Shown here piece after piece: positions 8,933 to 17,284 of a stretch of 64,000 nucleotides of DNA. Source of the DNA: Candidatus Woesearchaeota archaeon. Its GTDB lineage: Archaea; Nanobdellota; Nanobdellia; Woesearchaeales; GW2011-AR9. Position numbers and translations under genes: made by a program. Under the pieces are notes generated by a model. The model was not told the origin of the DNA. It made no database searches and worked only from the letters and a program-made list of their open reading frames with translations. The first letter of the stretch is position 1. Each line of letters starts with the position of its first letter. The DNA lies in NCBI GenBank assembly GCA_016179955.1, contig JACPCD010000007.1, positions 5,907 through 69,906 of the forward strand, written 5' to 3'.

Positions 8933-9811
8933 TTACAACATCCCCATTAACAACACCACTCCCAAGCCCACAAAACAGCCGGCCGAGATAAAAGGCATCG
9001 CGGGATAAAATTTCTTTTCGTCAGCGGTAAACAACAGCAGCGCCAATCCTGCCAACGCAAAGAATGGAATGAGCAAACTCTGCCATAAACCCAGATCTTT
9101 CAAGACTACCCCAGCAAAGATGAGCGGAAAACCGATATCTCCTCCACCCAGAATGGCCGTGCGCACTTTCATTTTTTTCAGGGTTCTTTTGGCGGGAGCA
9201 AATTTTCCAATGCCGCCGAGTTTGTAAGGGATAAGCAACCCGGCAAAGACTTTTGCATCGGTCTGTGATTGGGCTAACGTCACCATATGTTTTGATTTCC
9301 AGACCGCATAGGCATCATAGATGGCGATGAGCACCAGCAAAACGCTTACGGACGCCAGATTAAATAACGGCGCAAAAATCGCCGCTAACCCGCCGTAAAT
9401 GAACAGCTCGGTCAGATTATGAACCCAGACATTGGGCTTAAAGACTTTCCAAACCCCGAAAATCAGTGCCGGCAGAAAGGCCCACAGTGGAACGACGAAC
9501 GCGCTCCAGGCCACGGTAAGCGCAATGACGACCGCCAGCAAAAACCACACTTTCCAGATGATAATCCAGCGGTACTTGATTAAGAGCAGCAGCAAGCCGG
9601 TCCCGAGCAGGATGGCGATGATGACGGGAATGAAGGACGTTTGCTCATTAACGGGCGGTCTCTCACCGATAGGCAGGTCTTTAAACACAGTTTTACCTGC
9701 TTCCACGCTTTTGAGAGGGTCGATATATTTATAGAGAATTCCGAGACCAATGAACTGGGCCAGCAGGAATGTGCCGAGGACGATGAGGGTGATGGATAAG
9801 GAATGTTTCAT
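8933..9811 (-). CDS. Presenilin/signal-peptide-peptidase-like intramembrane aspartyl protease
   Basis: Polytopic. Has the YD motif (AIYDAYAVW), the GxGD motif (ILGGGDIGFPLIF) and a PAL-like FALAG motif in the same order as presenilin homologues. Confidence 0.55.
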   Translation of the reverse strand: MKHSLSITLIVLGTFLLAQFIGLGILYKYIDPLKSVEAGKTVFKDLPIGERPPVNEQTSFIPVIIAILLGTGLLLLLIKYRWIIIWKVWFLLAVVIALTVAWSAFVVPLWAFLPALIFGVWKVFKPNVWVHNLTELFIYGGLAAIFAPLFNLASVSVLLVLIAIYDAYAVWKSKHMVTLAQSQTDAKVFAGLLIPYKLGGIGKFAPAKRTLKKMKVRTAILGGGDIGFPLIFAGVVLKDLGLWQSLLIPFFALAGLALLLFTADEKKFYPAMPFISAGCFVGLGVVLLMGML

Positions 9812-10135
9812 GATAAGGAAAAAATGCCCTCGTTTAAATAGTTATGGGAAAAGACAGTTTTGCCCCAAGCATATGGTTAAAGAGGGCAAGAAAGTAAAAA
9901 ATAAAATGGCATCACTTCATCTTCTTCAGTATGGCTGCTAATAATTCATTGTTTCTTCTTAATAACGAACTGATTTCTCGCTGTTCTCCGTCATTAAGTC
10001 TATCAGAAATATACTTCAGATAGTCTCGAACATATTTCGTAAATTCTTTTTCTTCTGAACCTAGTGCCATAGTATTACCTCCAAATAAGTTGTTTATGAC
10101 GATTCAATACGAATTTATATACATATCTAACACCC

Positions 10136-10168
10136 ATAATGGATAATGGATAATGGATAATGGATAAT
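10136..10168. repeat. Microsatellite (GGATAAT)x4 with a partial flanking copy
   Basis: Sequence ataatggataatggataatggataatggataat, located in an AT-rich non-coding stretch. Confidence 0.8.
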
Positions 10169-10440
10169 ATAAATGTGTTGTGAATAATTTTCTTACCCGT
10201 ACTTCCACCTGGCAAATTCGGGGGAAGAACACCTATGAAAATATTCTCAAATATTCCCAGCTAATTTAAATTGTCTAACAAGTTGTTGGACTTTTTCATC
10301 CTTCATCGAATAGTGGATATCCCATTGACGAATATTGAAAATATTTTCTCTGGAGAAGTCCGCTATCATGCCAATGGAGTGTTTTTCTTTCCTGACCAGC
10401 ATACGGTGGCTGCACTCACGAGATGTAATGTTCAGGATCT

Positions 10441-12000
10441 TCACTGAAACCCAACATAACTCCGCTGCACTGTTTCATTCTTCTGCTGCTTCACAAACTC
10501 CTGGAACAACGGAATCTTAACTGGCACCGCAAACTTCGTAAACGTAGACGTTACCAACGCTTCTCCAATATCCAACGACGCAATAGTACGATTATCCTGG
10601 CTTAGATCCTGCGGCGAGCTTTCGATGACTGCCTGCCGTTCGGAATTCATCTCAATTCCTAAAATAATCTTGGTGTTTATGTTCGCCAGAATATTCTTCG
10701 GTATTTCCGAAGGAAGCTGGGTGATGGCAATCAATCCCACTTTAAATTTCCGCCCCTCTCGGGCAATACTCTCAAAAATGTTGCTGCCCTGCTCCAATAC
10801 TTTGGTGCCTAAAACCCGGGGCGCTTCTTCCAAAACGATAGAGATGACAGGCCTATCATCCAGCTGCCCCTGTTTCTTGTAGAACTTATATCTCTCAAAT
10901 ATTTCGGTGGTGATGATGCTCCCGATAAGTATTTCTATAGCCCCGGAAAAATAACTGGTGTCAATAATAACTATCTTCCCCTGCTCCAGTTCCCGGCAGA
11001 TGTCATTAATCGTACTTTCTCCGGCAATGGTGTCAAAGATGCCTTGAGCTGACAACTGTCCATCATGAAAATCCAATCCTAACAGCGAAATAAGTTTTCG
11101 CTTCACCACCGCAATGGTGTCTTCATGAAATTGTACATTTTGGATTTTTTCTTCATTGAGCAGGTGATAAATCCAGTTTTCACCAAATTTCTTATGATAG
11201 ACGTAAAGGCATTGCCGCTGCGGATCAGATAAAGAGATGGCTCCCTGAAAATGTTCCGGCTTGATTTTGGAAATATTGATCTTTAAAGAGGAAGCTCCCG
11301 GCGGCGGATTGACCGGGGTATAATATCGTATCTTGTCTTTGCGCGGATGGTCTTTAAGCCCTTTCCCATTTCGCCCATAATATTCATCATGAGGATCGAG
11401 AACCAGCATACCGGCATATTCTTTTCCCGCCACATCCCATAAGATGCAGGACATCAGGTTTGATTTTCCTTTGCCGGTACTCGCGGGAATCAACACGTGG
11501 TGGCTGAAGACTTCTTTGCCGGGCAGGAAGATGTCAAAATCTAATTCTTTACTGCCGCTGCGCAGCTGGCCCAGATAGAAAGGGGTGGAAGGAGTGGTAA
11601 TAAACGACAAATCTTCCCGAGAAATTTCTCGAACTTGGGAGAAAAAAGCCGGAAGTTTCTTGCAGGTCTTGCTGTTTTTGCCAACGGTGAGTACCGGCTT
11701 AAGAAAGGCCAGCTGATAATTCCGCAGGGACTCGTCCATGATGGCAAAACTTCCTTCTTCCAGATTCATCCCTGCCACCATCTCTAAATTTTGCTCTGAG
11801 ATTTGGCTGCCGTACAGTAAATCGTACACCTGCAGAATGAATTTCTCGTGGGGATGATCGATGACCATCAACTCTTTGCCCTTTGAGCATACTGGAGCAG
11901 AGTCCGGCTGGTTTTTAATGATTTGTATTCTCAAGAAACAGATTGACAAAAAATAAATTTCAAAATTATTCGAAAGGCCGTAGTACGGGGGATTGGGCAA
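10441..12000 (-). CDS. DUF87-type P-loop ATPase (HerA/FtsK/VirB4 superfamily)
   Basis: 519 aa. Walker A in DUF87 context ([21 protein letters not shown]) and a Walker B-like [10 protein letters not shown]. The true start is probably an internal Met. Confidence 0.6.
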   Translation of the reverse strand: MPNPPYYGLSNNFEIYFLSICFLRIQIIKNQPDSAPVCSKGKELMVIDHPHEKFILQVYDLLYGSQISEQNLEMVAGMNLEEGSFAIMDESLRNYQLAFLKPVLTVGKNSKTCKKLPAFFSQVREISREDLSFITTPSTPFYLGQLRSGSKELDFDIFLPGKEVFSHHVLIPASTGKGKSNLMSCILWDVAGKEYAGMLVLDPHDEYYGRNGKGLKDHPRKDKIRYYTPVNPPPGASSLKINISKIKPEHFQGAISLSDPQRQCLYVYHKKFGENWIYHLLNEEKIQNVQFHEDTIAVVKRKLISLLGLDFHDGQLSAQGIFDTIAGESTINDICRELEQGKIVIIDTSYFSGAIEILIGSIITTEIFERYKFYKKQGQLDDRPVISIVLEEAPRVLGTKVLEQGSNIFESIAREGRKFKVGLIAITQLPSEIPKNILANINTKIILGIEMNSERQAVIESSPQDLSQDNRTIASLDIGEALVTSTFTKFAVPVKIPLFQEFVKQQKNETVQRSYVGFQ

Positions 12001-12763
12001 CGTTGCCGAAAAAGTCTTCTGCTTCTAGCCCATACCGATGGTTAGGCTGTGCGGGATGATCAACTTTAAAATAAATAACGGTGGTCGGAGATTGTTGGCC
12101 GGCAGAAGGTCTCTCTGATTGTATTACAGTTGAAGCAGATCGATCATACAGGCGCACTTCTTTAATGCCGGTATTATCTTCGACTATGGCACCAAAACTT
12201 GAAATATATGGTAGGTAGCCGAAACCATTTATGGTCGGCCTTACCGTATCGTGTGCGAGATCCCCCCGAAAGCTAAAACCGTCCCGGAAAGATACTGGTA
12301 TAGGGTTGGATTCAGTTTTGTTTCCTGCCATATCGTACGCAATGGCATGGTAGGTGAAATCTCCTTCAGTATGGGTAAGAAATATTGACTCCGAAACGCG
12401 CTCGCGATAACTTCGCAAATGACGAAAAGTCCTAACTAGGGTGCCATTTTCATAGAGTTCAACTTTCTTTAAACCATCATTGTTGGAACCAGCTTCGATT
12501 TCATCGACTACCTCAAGCCCTTCTCTTATTTTTATTCTGTGAGAACATCCCGAGTAGAAAGAGTCAACTGCAGAAAGGTCAAGATTATATTCTCCTCTTC
12601 GTTGAAAATTAGACATGCGTAACTCAACACACGGAGGAGTGGTATCTTTCGCACTATCCGTTTTACCAGAACAAGAAGCTAGCCCGCTAGCAACTGCCGC
12701 GGCTGCCGCCATCCTGCCTATTGGCGTACGCCAAAGAGCTTGAACCAGTGTCGTAAGATTCAT
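11966..12763 (-). CDS. Secreted or lipoprotein-like protein, unknown function
   Basis: N-terminus has a signal peptide followed by Cys ([15 protein letters not shown]). No recognised domain. Confidence 0.4.
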   Translation of the reverse strand: MNLTTLVQALWRTPIGRMAAAAAVASGLASCSGKTDSAKDTTPPCVELRMSNFQRRGEYNLDLSAVDSFYSGCSHRIKIREGLEVVDEIEAGSNNDGLKKVELYENGTLVRTFRHLRSYRERVSESIFLTHTEGDFTYHAIAYDMAGNKTESNPIPVSFRDGFSFRGDLAHDTVRPTINGFGYLPYISSFGAIVEDNTGIKEVRLYDRSASTVIQSERPSAGQQSPTTVIYFKVDHPAQPNHRYGLEAEDFFGNVAQSPVLRPFE

Positions 12764-12787
12764 GATACAGGCAAGAATCTCTCTCTC

Positions 12788-12797
12788 TCTCTTTATA
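12788..12797 (-). promoter_or_regulatory. TATA-box-like element (CTTTATAAAT) about 27 bp upstream of the minus-strand start at 12763
   Basis: Archaeal TATA consensus sitting next to a (CT)n tract in a divergent intergenic region. Confidence 0.35.
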
Positions 12798-12840
12798 AAT
12801 TTTTCCTTACTTTCGAGTAGAAATTATTAAAAGCAAAATA

Positions 12841-12850
12841 TTTATAAATC
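12841..12850 (+). promoter_or_regulatory. TATA-box-like element (ATTTATAAAT) about 24 bp upstream of the rpl35Ae ATG
   Basis: Spacing is consistent with an archaeal leaderless promoter. Confidence 0.4.
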
Positions 12851-12871
12851 ACCCCCCTTCTTGAATCCGTT

Positions 12872-13126
12872 ATGGAAGCTATCGTCGTGCATTTCCGGCA
12901 AGGGAGACATCATCAGAATACGAAACAGATGGTGCTTAAAGTAGCGGATACGGCTGTGGAAGCTCAAAAAGTTGTGGGCAAGACTGCTACTTGGACTTCT
13001 CCCGGCGGCAAAACCATTAGCGGGAAGATTTCCGCTTTACACGGCCGCAAGGGGAATGTAAGAGTCATTTTTGCCGAGAAAGGGCTACCCGGGCAAGCCT
13101 TAGGGCAGAAAGTAAAGATTCAATGA
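12872..13126 (+). CDS. rpl35ae: 50S ribosomal protein L35Ae
   Basis: 84 aa: HFRQGRHHQNTKQMVLKV...GKTATWTSPGGKTISGKISALHGRKGNVRVIFAEKGLPGQALGQKVKI. Confidence 0.8.
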   Translation: MEAIVVHFRQGRHHQNTKQMVLKVADTAVEAQKVVGKTATWTSPGGKTISGKISALHGRKGNVRVIFAEKGLPGQALGQKVKIQ

Positions 13127-13479
13127 ATTCTATCGCGTCCCATACAGCAGATACAATAGAACCAATAATACTACAATAAGAGCAAATCCTAATTTATCAT
13201 TTTTCTTATAAAAAGAATAGACAATAGATGCCGCTACCAGCCCTATTCCAATAAGTTCGACACCGACCATTTTTATTCACCTAAGGCAATGACGATGGTG
13301 CCTATCCCTATCAATATTGTGCCCAGCCGAGTTTGATCAAAAGCCATGATTAAAAAACCAGCAGCACCGACGACCGCACCAACTATTTTGATAATAAAGC
13401 GATAATTAACTTCTCCTTCTTGATTCATTTTTTGAAGCAATATTCTATTTTATTTAAATCTTGCCACCCCGTTAAGTGA

Positions 13480-14130
13480 TTATTCTCTAGCATTTGCTTG
13501 CTGCACCGCTGCCCTTTCCGTGGAATGCTCTACGAAATTATCCATTTCCTGAAGAATAAAACCACATACTCCCCGAATGCCCTGACTTCCTTTCACTGCG
13601 TCTTTGATTTCCCTGATTCTGGCATCCCAGTCCGTAGCAGTGGGCAGAGGCAGTTCAATATGCTCTGCTTGCGTTAAAGCAGCACCACATTCCGCATATA
13701 ACTGGTCAAAGAATTTATAGATTTCTCCTGATTCCTGCCGGCGATTGCTGCGCAGATACCGTAATCCTAAATCCAGATGGTGGCGTAGCCGTCGCAAGTC
13801 CTCTTTCGCATCACGAACGGCATCTTTCCGCACTTTTTGGCTGAGCGACTTGAGCAGTTCATCACACTCTTCGATGGCCTGAACAAAAGTAGCTTTTGGA
13901 TGACGCACCGATTCCCGGCGCTTGGAACGAGTATGTTTCTCACCGATAGTTTTCCATAATTCTCGCGCATTCTTCTGCCGCTCCTGCTCTGCTGCCTCCC
14001 GCTCTTCTTTGGTGGGTGGAGCAACCATAAAGAACCTAATAACGTAATAAACAATCATAATAGTAACGATAGCAATAGCATAATCGGCAAAATCGTTCAC
14101 GCTTTGGCTGACAATGGAATTGATGGCCAT
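13480..14130 (-). CDS. Membrane-anchored protein (N-terminal TM plus charged helical domain), unknown function
   Basis: 216 aa, no recognised motif. Confidence 0.35.
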   Translation of the reverse strand: MAINSIVSQSVNDFADYAIAIVTIMIVYYVIRFFMVAPPTKEEREAAEQERQKNARELWKTIGEKHTRSKRRESVRHPKATFVQAIEECDELLKSLSQKVRKDAVRDAKEDLRRLRHHLDLGLRYLRSNRRQESGEIYKFFDQLYAECGAALTQAEHIELPLPTATDWDARIREIKDAVKGSQGIRGVCGFILQEMDNFVEHSTERAAVQQANARE

Positions 14131-14750
14131 CAGGCAATCCTCCCCACGTGATATTTAACGGCAGTTAAGATCCACAGCAGCAATAAGCAGAGGATTATTT
14201 TCAATGTCACCGTGGCCTTCGTTTCTTTTCCCGGGCCGGGAAACTTCCACAGCAGGAACGCTAACCCTACCACCGGTCCTCCGATGAGGATCAGCGCAAT
14301 GGCCGTGGCCCAACTCGTGCCAGTAGCAAGTAATACATCAGCAGGCATAAAGATTGCCGCAATCGTGGCAATGACTGCCGCTACCACTCCTGCTTGGCCC
14401 CGGTTAAGGAATCCTAAGGCATTGTCCGCCTTTTTCCCGAAACTGGTGATAACTGCAAAGAAGACCGTAAAGATAAGTATCCATATCAGCAGCCGGGTAA
14501 AGGCGACGACCGCTGCCTCAGCCCCGATGTTCAAGAACCCTAGACCGCCAATATACAAAATTTTCTGCCACACATCACCCAGCAGAGTGCCGGCAGCTAA
14601 TACGGAAGGCAGAGCTAACAGTATCCCCAATAACACCCACGTCTTTTTCATTAAAGCAAAAGAATATCGGAATGGTTTATAAGATTTTTGGGTGGAGGTC
14701 TGAGAGTATAGCATAAACCATTGCCCCAGACTAGCTCCTCCAATCTTCAA
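14130..14750 (-). CDS. Polytopic membrane protein, paralogue of 15430..15945
   Basis: Shares the blocks IAAIFMPADVLLATGTSWA and IGGPVVGLAFLLW with the paralogue. Confidence 0.4.
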   Translation of the reverse strand: MKIGGASLGQWFMLYSQTSTQKSYKPFRYSFALMKKTWVLLGILLALPSVLAAGTLLGDVWQKILYIGGLGFLNIGAEAAVVAFTRLLIWILIFTVFFAVITSFGKKADNALGFLNRGQAGVVAAVIATIAAIFMPADVLLATGTSWATAIALILIGGPVVGLAFLLWKFPGPGKETKATVTLKIILCLLLLWILTAVKYHVGRIA

Positions 14751-14798
14751 TGGGGGGTTTTAAGTAAAGTATATCTCCACAAAAAGAACTAAAAAAAC

Positions 14799-15419
14799 TT
14801 ACAACTTCATCAGCTTCTGATGTTCTGCCACTAAGTCCTGCTCAGCTTCGATGGCCTCATCTAAGATTCTATTTAACTGCCTTTTCTTCTCGGGAAAGGA
14901 GATGCCCCCCTTTCGAGAAAGCACCGTGTCAAACTCTTTTATCTTTTTGACGATGGTGTTGTTGAATATTTCCATTTCTTTGAGTATTTCCTCGGCTTTA
15001 GCTTTTTTCTCATCGGTAACATTAGTATCATCTTTAACCGCTTTCTGCAGCTTGCTAAACCGGCGGAAGGCCCGGCTTTCCTGCCGCTTCGCTTTCCGCT
15101 CACTGGAGCCAACAGCTTTCTTTAAGGCCGCATCATCTTTTATGCCTGCATCATTTATTTCTTTTTTTAATTCTTCCAGATCGACAAACTCGCCCAACAC
15201 GATATTTTTAAACTTCTTGCTGGCTTTATACGCTTTGCTTCCTTTTTCCCATAAGGCTCTTCCAGTCTTAGAGCCGATGCCCCAGGCGTCTTTATGGGAG
15301 GTTCCTTCCGTGCCACCTTTAAAGATAAGCCATAGGAAATAGATAGCTGCTCCTACTAAAATCAAGTGAGACCACGAAACGATGATGTTGACCCAATATT
15401 GAAGTTCTACTAAACCCAT
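14799..15419 (-). CDS. Membrane-anchored coiled-coil, lysine-rich protein, unknown function
   Basis: 206 aa with a single N-terminal TM. Confidence 0.35.
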   Translation of the reverse strand: MGLVELQYWVNIIVSWSHLILVGAAIYFLWLIFKGGTEGTSHKDAWGIGSKTGRALWEKGSKAYKASKKFKNIVLGEFVDLEELKKEINDAGIKDDAALKKAVGSSERKAKRQESRAFRRFSKLQKAVKDDTNVTDEKKAKAEEILKEMEIFNNTIVKKIKEFDTVLSRKGGISFPEKKRQLNRILDEAIEAEQDLVAEHQKLMKL

Positions 15420-15429
15420 TGTTGACCTC

Positions 15430-15945
15430 TCAGGCGATAGCTGTTAACTTGGCAGCCCAATGCCCTATTTCATTCACTAACCACATCAATAATAAGACGG
15501 CGAAAAACTTTAATGCGGCGGCAAACCTATTAAGGGTAGGAGTACCAAATACTAACCAACCCACACCTGCAATTGGACCGCCAATGATAAGGAAGGAAAA
15601 GATAACGGCATACGTTTCGCCCATCGCTGCCAAGACCGACTTGGGAATAAACACTGCTGAGATAATGGCTAAGATTATCCCCACCACGATGGCCGTATTT
15701 CGGCTCATATTAGGAATCAATGATAAACCCATATAGAGGAGAGCAAAGATAAGCACCGCAATGGCAATGCGCACAAAGCCAAAGAACTGATTGTCAGCTT
15801 GGCCGCCTAACAAAAACTTCAGGCTGCCCACGTCTAAAATGCTACTAAAAGCACTCTTGAGAGACTGTCCTGGAGTAGCTGCCAAGGCAAAAGAAGAGGT
15901 CAACAGCAACAGAACCAGCAATAACACCCAGACTGATTTAGTCAT
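15430..15945 (-). CDS. Secreted or polytopic membrane protein, paralogue of 14130..14750
   Basis: Has a signal peptide and shares ISAVFIPKSVLAAMGETYA and IIGGPIAGVGWLVFG with the paralogue. Confidence 0.4.
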   Translation of the reverse strand: MTKSVWVLLLVLLLLTSSFALAATPGQSLKSAFSSILDVGSLKFLLGGQADNQFFGFVRIAIAVLIFALLYMGLSLIPNMSRNTAIVVGIILAIISAVFIPKSVLAAMGETYAVIFSFLIIGGPIAGVGWLVFGTPTLNRFAAALKFFAVLLLMWLVNEIGHWAAKLTAIA

Positions 15946-16030
15946 TACCTGTAAACACCTCTATCATCTCAGAAAAGAATAACCATATATAAATCTTTCT
16001 TTCCTCGAAAATAGAGAACCCAAAGAAAAC

Positions 16031-16040
16031 TTTATAAATA
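16031..16040 (+). promoter_or_regulatory. TATA-box-like element (TTTATAAATA) about 24 bp upstream of rps19e
   Basis: Same CTTTATAAAT-type motif as at 12788 and 12841. Confidence 0.4.
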
Positions 16041-16061
16041 AACCGCCTTCTCACAGCAAGT

Positions 16062-16499
16062 ATGACCTATATTCACACCGTAGACCCGCAAATGCTGGTG
16101 CAGAAGGCTGCCGAAGAGCTGAAGAAACAAAAGTTAGTACAGCCGACGGACTGGAGCCAGTTCGTCAAGACTGGTCATCATCAGGCACGACGGCCAGACC
16201 AGGACGACTGGTGGTTTCACCGTTCTGCGGCCGTATTGAGAAGCGTCGCCAAGCTCGGCCCCATCGGCACCCAAAAGCTAAGAACCAAGTTCGGCGGCCG
16301 GAAACGCCGCGGCCACAAGCCAGAACGATTCTACAAAGCCTCGGGATCCATTATCCGGGTCATTCTCCAGCAGCTGGAAACGTCGGGATTAATCAAGTCC
16401 GCACAGAAAGGCGTGCATAAAGGCCGTATCTTAACTCCAAAAGGAATGTCCTTCTTAGACAAGATTGCGATTGGGATTGCAAAACAGCAGAAAGAGTAA
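16062..16499 (+). CDS. rps19e: 30S ribosomal protein S19e
   Basis: 145 aa: RRPDQDDWWFHRSAAVLR...ASGSIIRVILQQLETSGLI. Confidence 0.85.
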   Translation: MTYIHTVDPQMLVQKAAEELKKQKLVQPTDWSQFVKTGHHQARRPDQDDWWFHRSAAVLRSVAKLGPIGTQKLRTKFGGRKRRGHKPERFYKASGSIIRVILQQLETSGLIKSAQKGVHKGRILTPKGMSFLDKIAIGIAKQQKE

Positions 16500-16503
16500 A
16501 AAT

Positions 16504-16677
16504 ATGGCAACGTTCAAACATCCGGCAAAAAAGAAACGGCTCATAAAATTTAGCCGACAGACTAAATGGGCCCCTTTCTGGACCGTGTTTAAGATTTATG
16601 GAAAAGGAAGAAGAGTTCATCCTTCCCGACACACCTATGTCAAGCGCTCCTGGCGCCGAGGTTCAACGAAAGCATAA
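16504..16677 (+). CDS. rpl39e: 50S ribosomal protein L39e
   Basis: MATFKHPAKKKRLIKFSRQTKWAPFWTVFKIYGKGRRVHPSRHTYVKRSWRRGSTKA. The start was reassigned to the internal ATG. Confidence 0.8.
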   Translation: MATFKHPAKKKRLIKFSRQTKWAPFWTVFKIYGKGRRVHPSRHTYVKRSWRRGSTKA

Positions 16678-17045
16678 TGGCAACGGCAAAAGAAACATTC
16701 ACTTTAGAACGAACGTATACTGTTCCCCTGCGCAAGGAATCGCAAAAGGCTCCGCGCTGGAAACGGACCCGAAAGACCGTTCGGGCATTACGGGAATTTC
16801 TGCAGAAACATATGAAAGCAGAGCATATCAAGTTGAGCAAGGAAATCAACGAAAAACTGTGGGAACATGGCCTGCGCAATCCCCCGCACCATCTCAAGGT
16901 AACGGTGAAGAAAGATGATAAAGGCGTGGTGCACGCGGAATTGTTTGGCGCCGTAAAGAAAGAAAAGCCGGCACAGAAAAAAGGAAAAGGAACGAAAGAG
17001 GCGAAAGCTCTTCCCCCGTCCGAGCCGCCGCAAGAGAAAGAATAG
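16677..17045 (+). CDS. rpl31e: 50S ribosomal protein L31e
   Basis: ERTYTVPLRKESQKAPRWKRTRKTVRALREFLQKHMK. The start overlaps the L39e stop (TAATG). Confidence 0.85.
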   Translation: MATAKETFTLERTYTVPLRKESQKAPRWKRTRKTVRALREFLQKHMKAEHIKLSKEINEKLWEHGLRNPPHHLKVTVKKDDKGVVHAELFGAVKKEKPAQKKGKGTKEAKALPPSEPPQEKE

Positions 17046-17284
17046 AAGACGTAATTCTCCGTATAACGAAAACCGCCGATTTTTCTCTAAAAGTTTTTAG
17101 ACCGGATTCTGCTCTCTTTTCAGAATGAGCAAAAAATGGCTTTTCGTTCTTAACTTCTCCAAATTTTTAAAACATTTTTTCAGGGATTATAATTCGGCTG
17201 CTAAATGATTATTTTCTGTCCTCAGAAAAAGGGGACAAGATATATAAAGAAAATCAGTTATGCAGTTTCATAATTAAAGGAATT

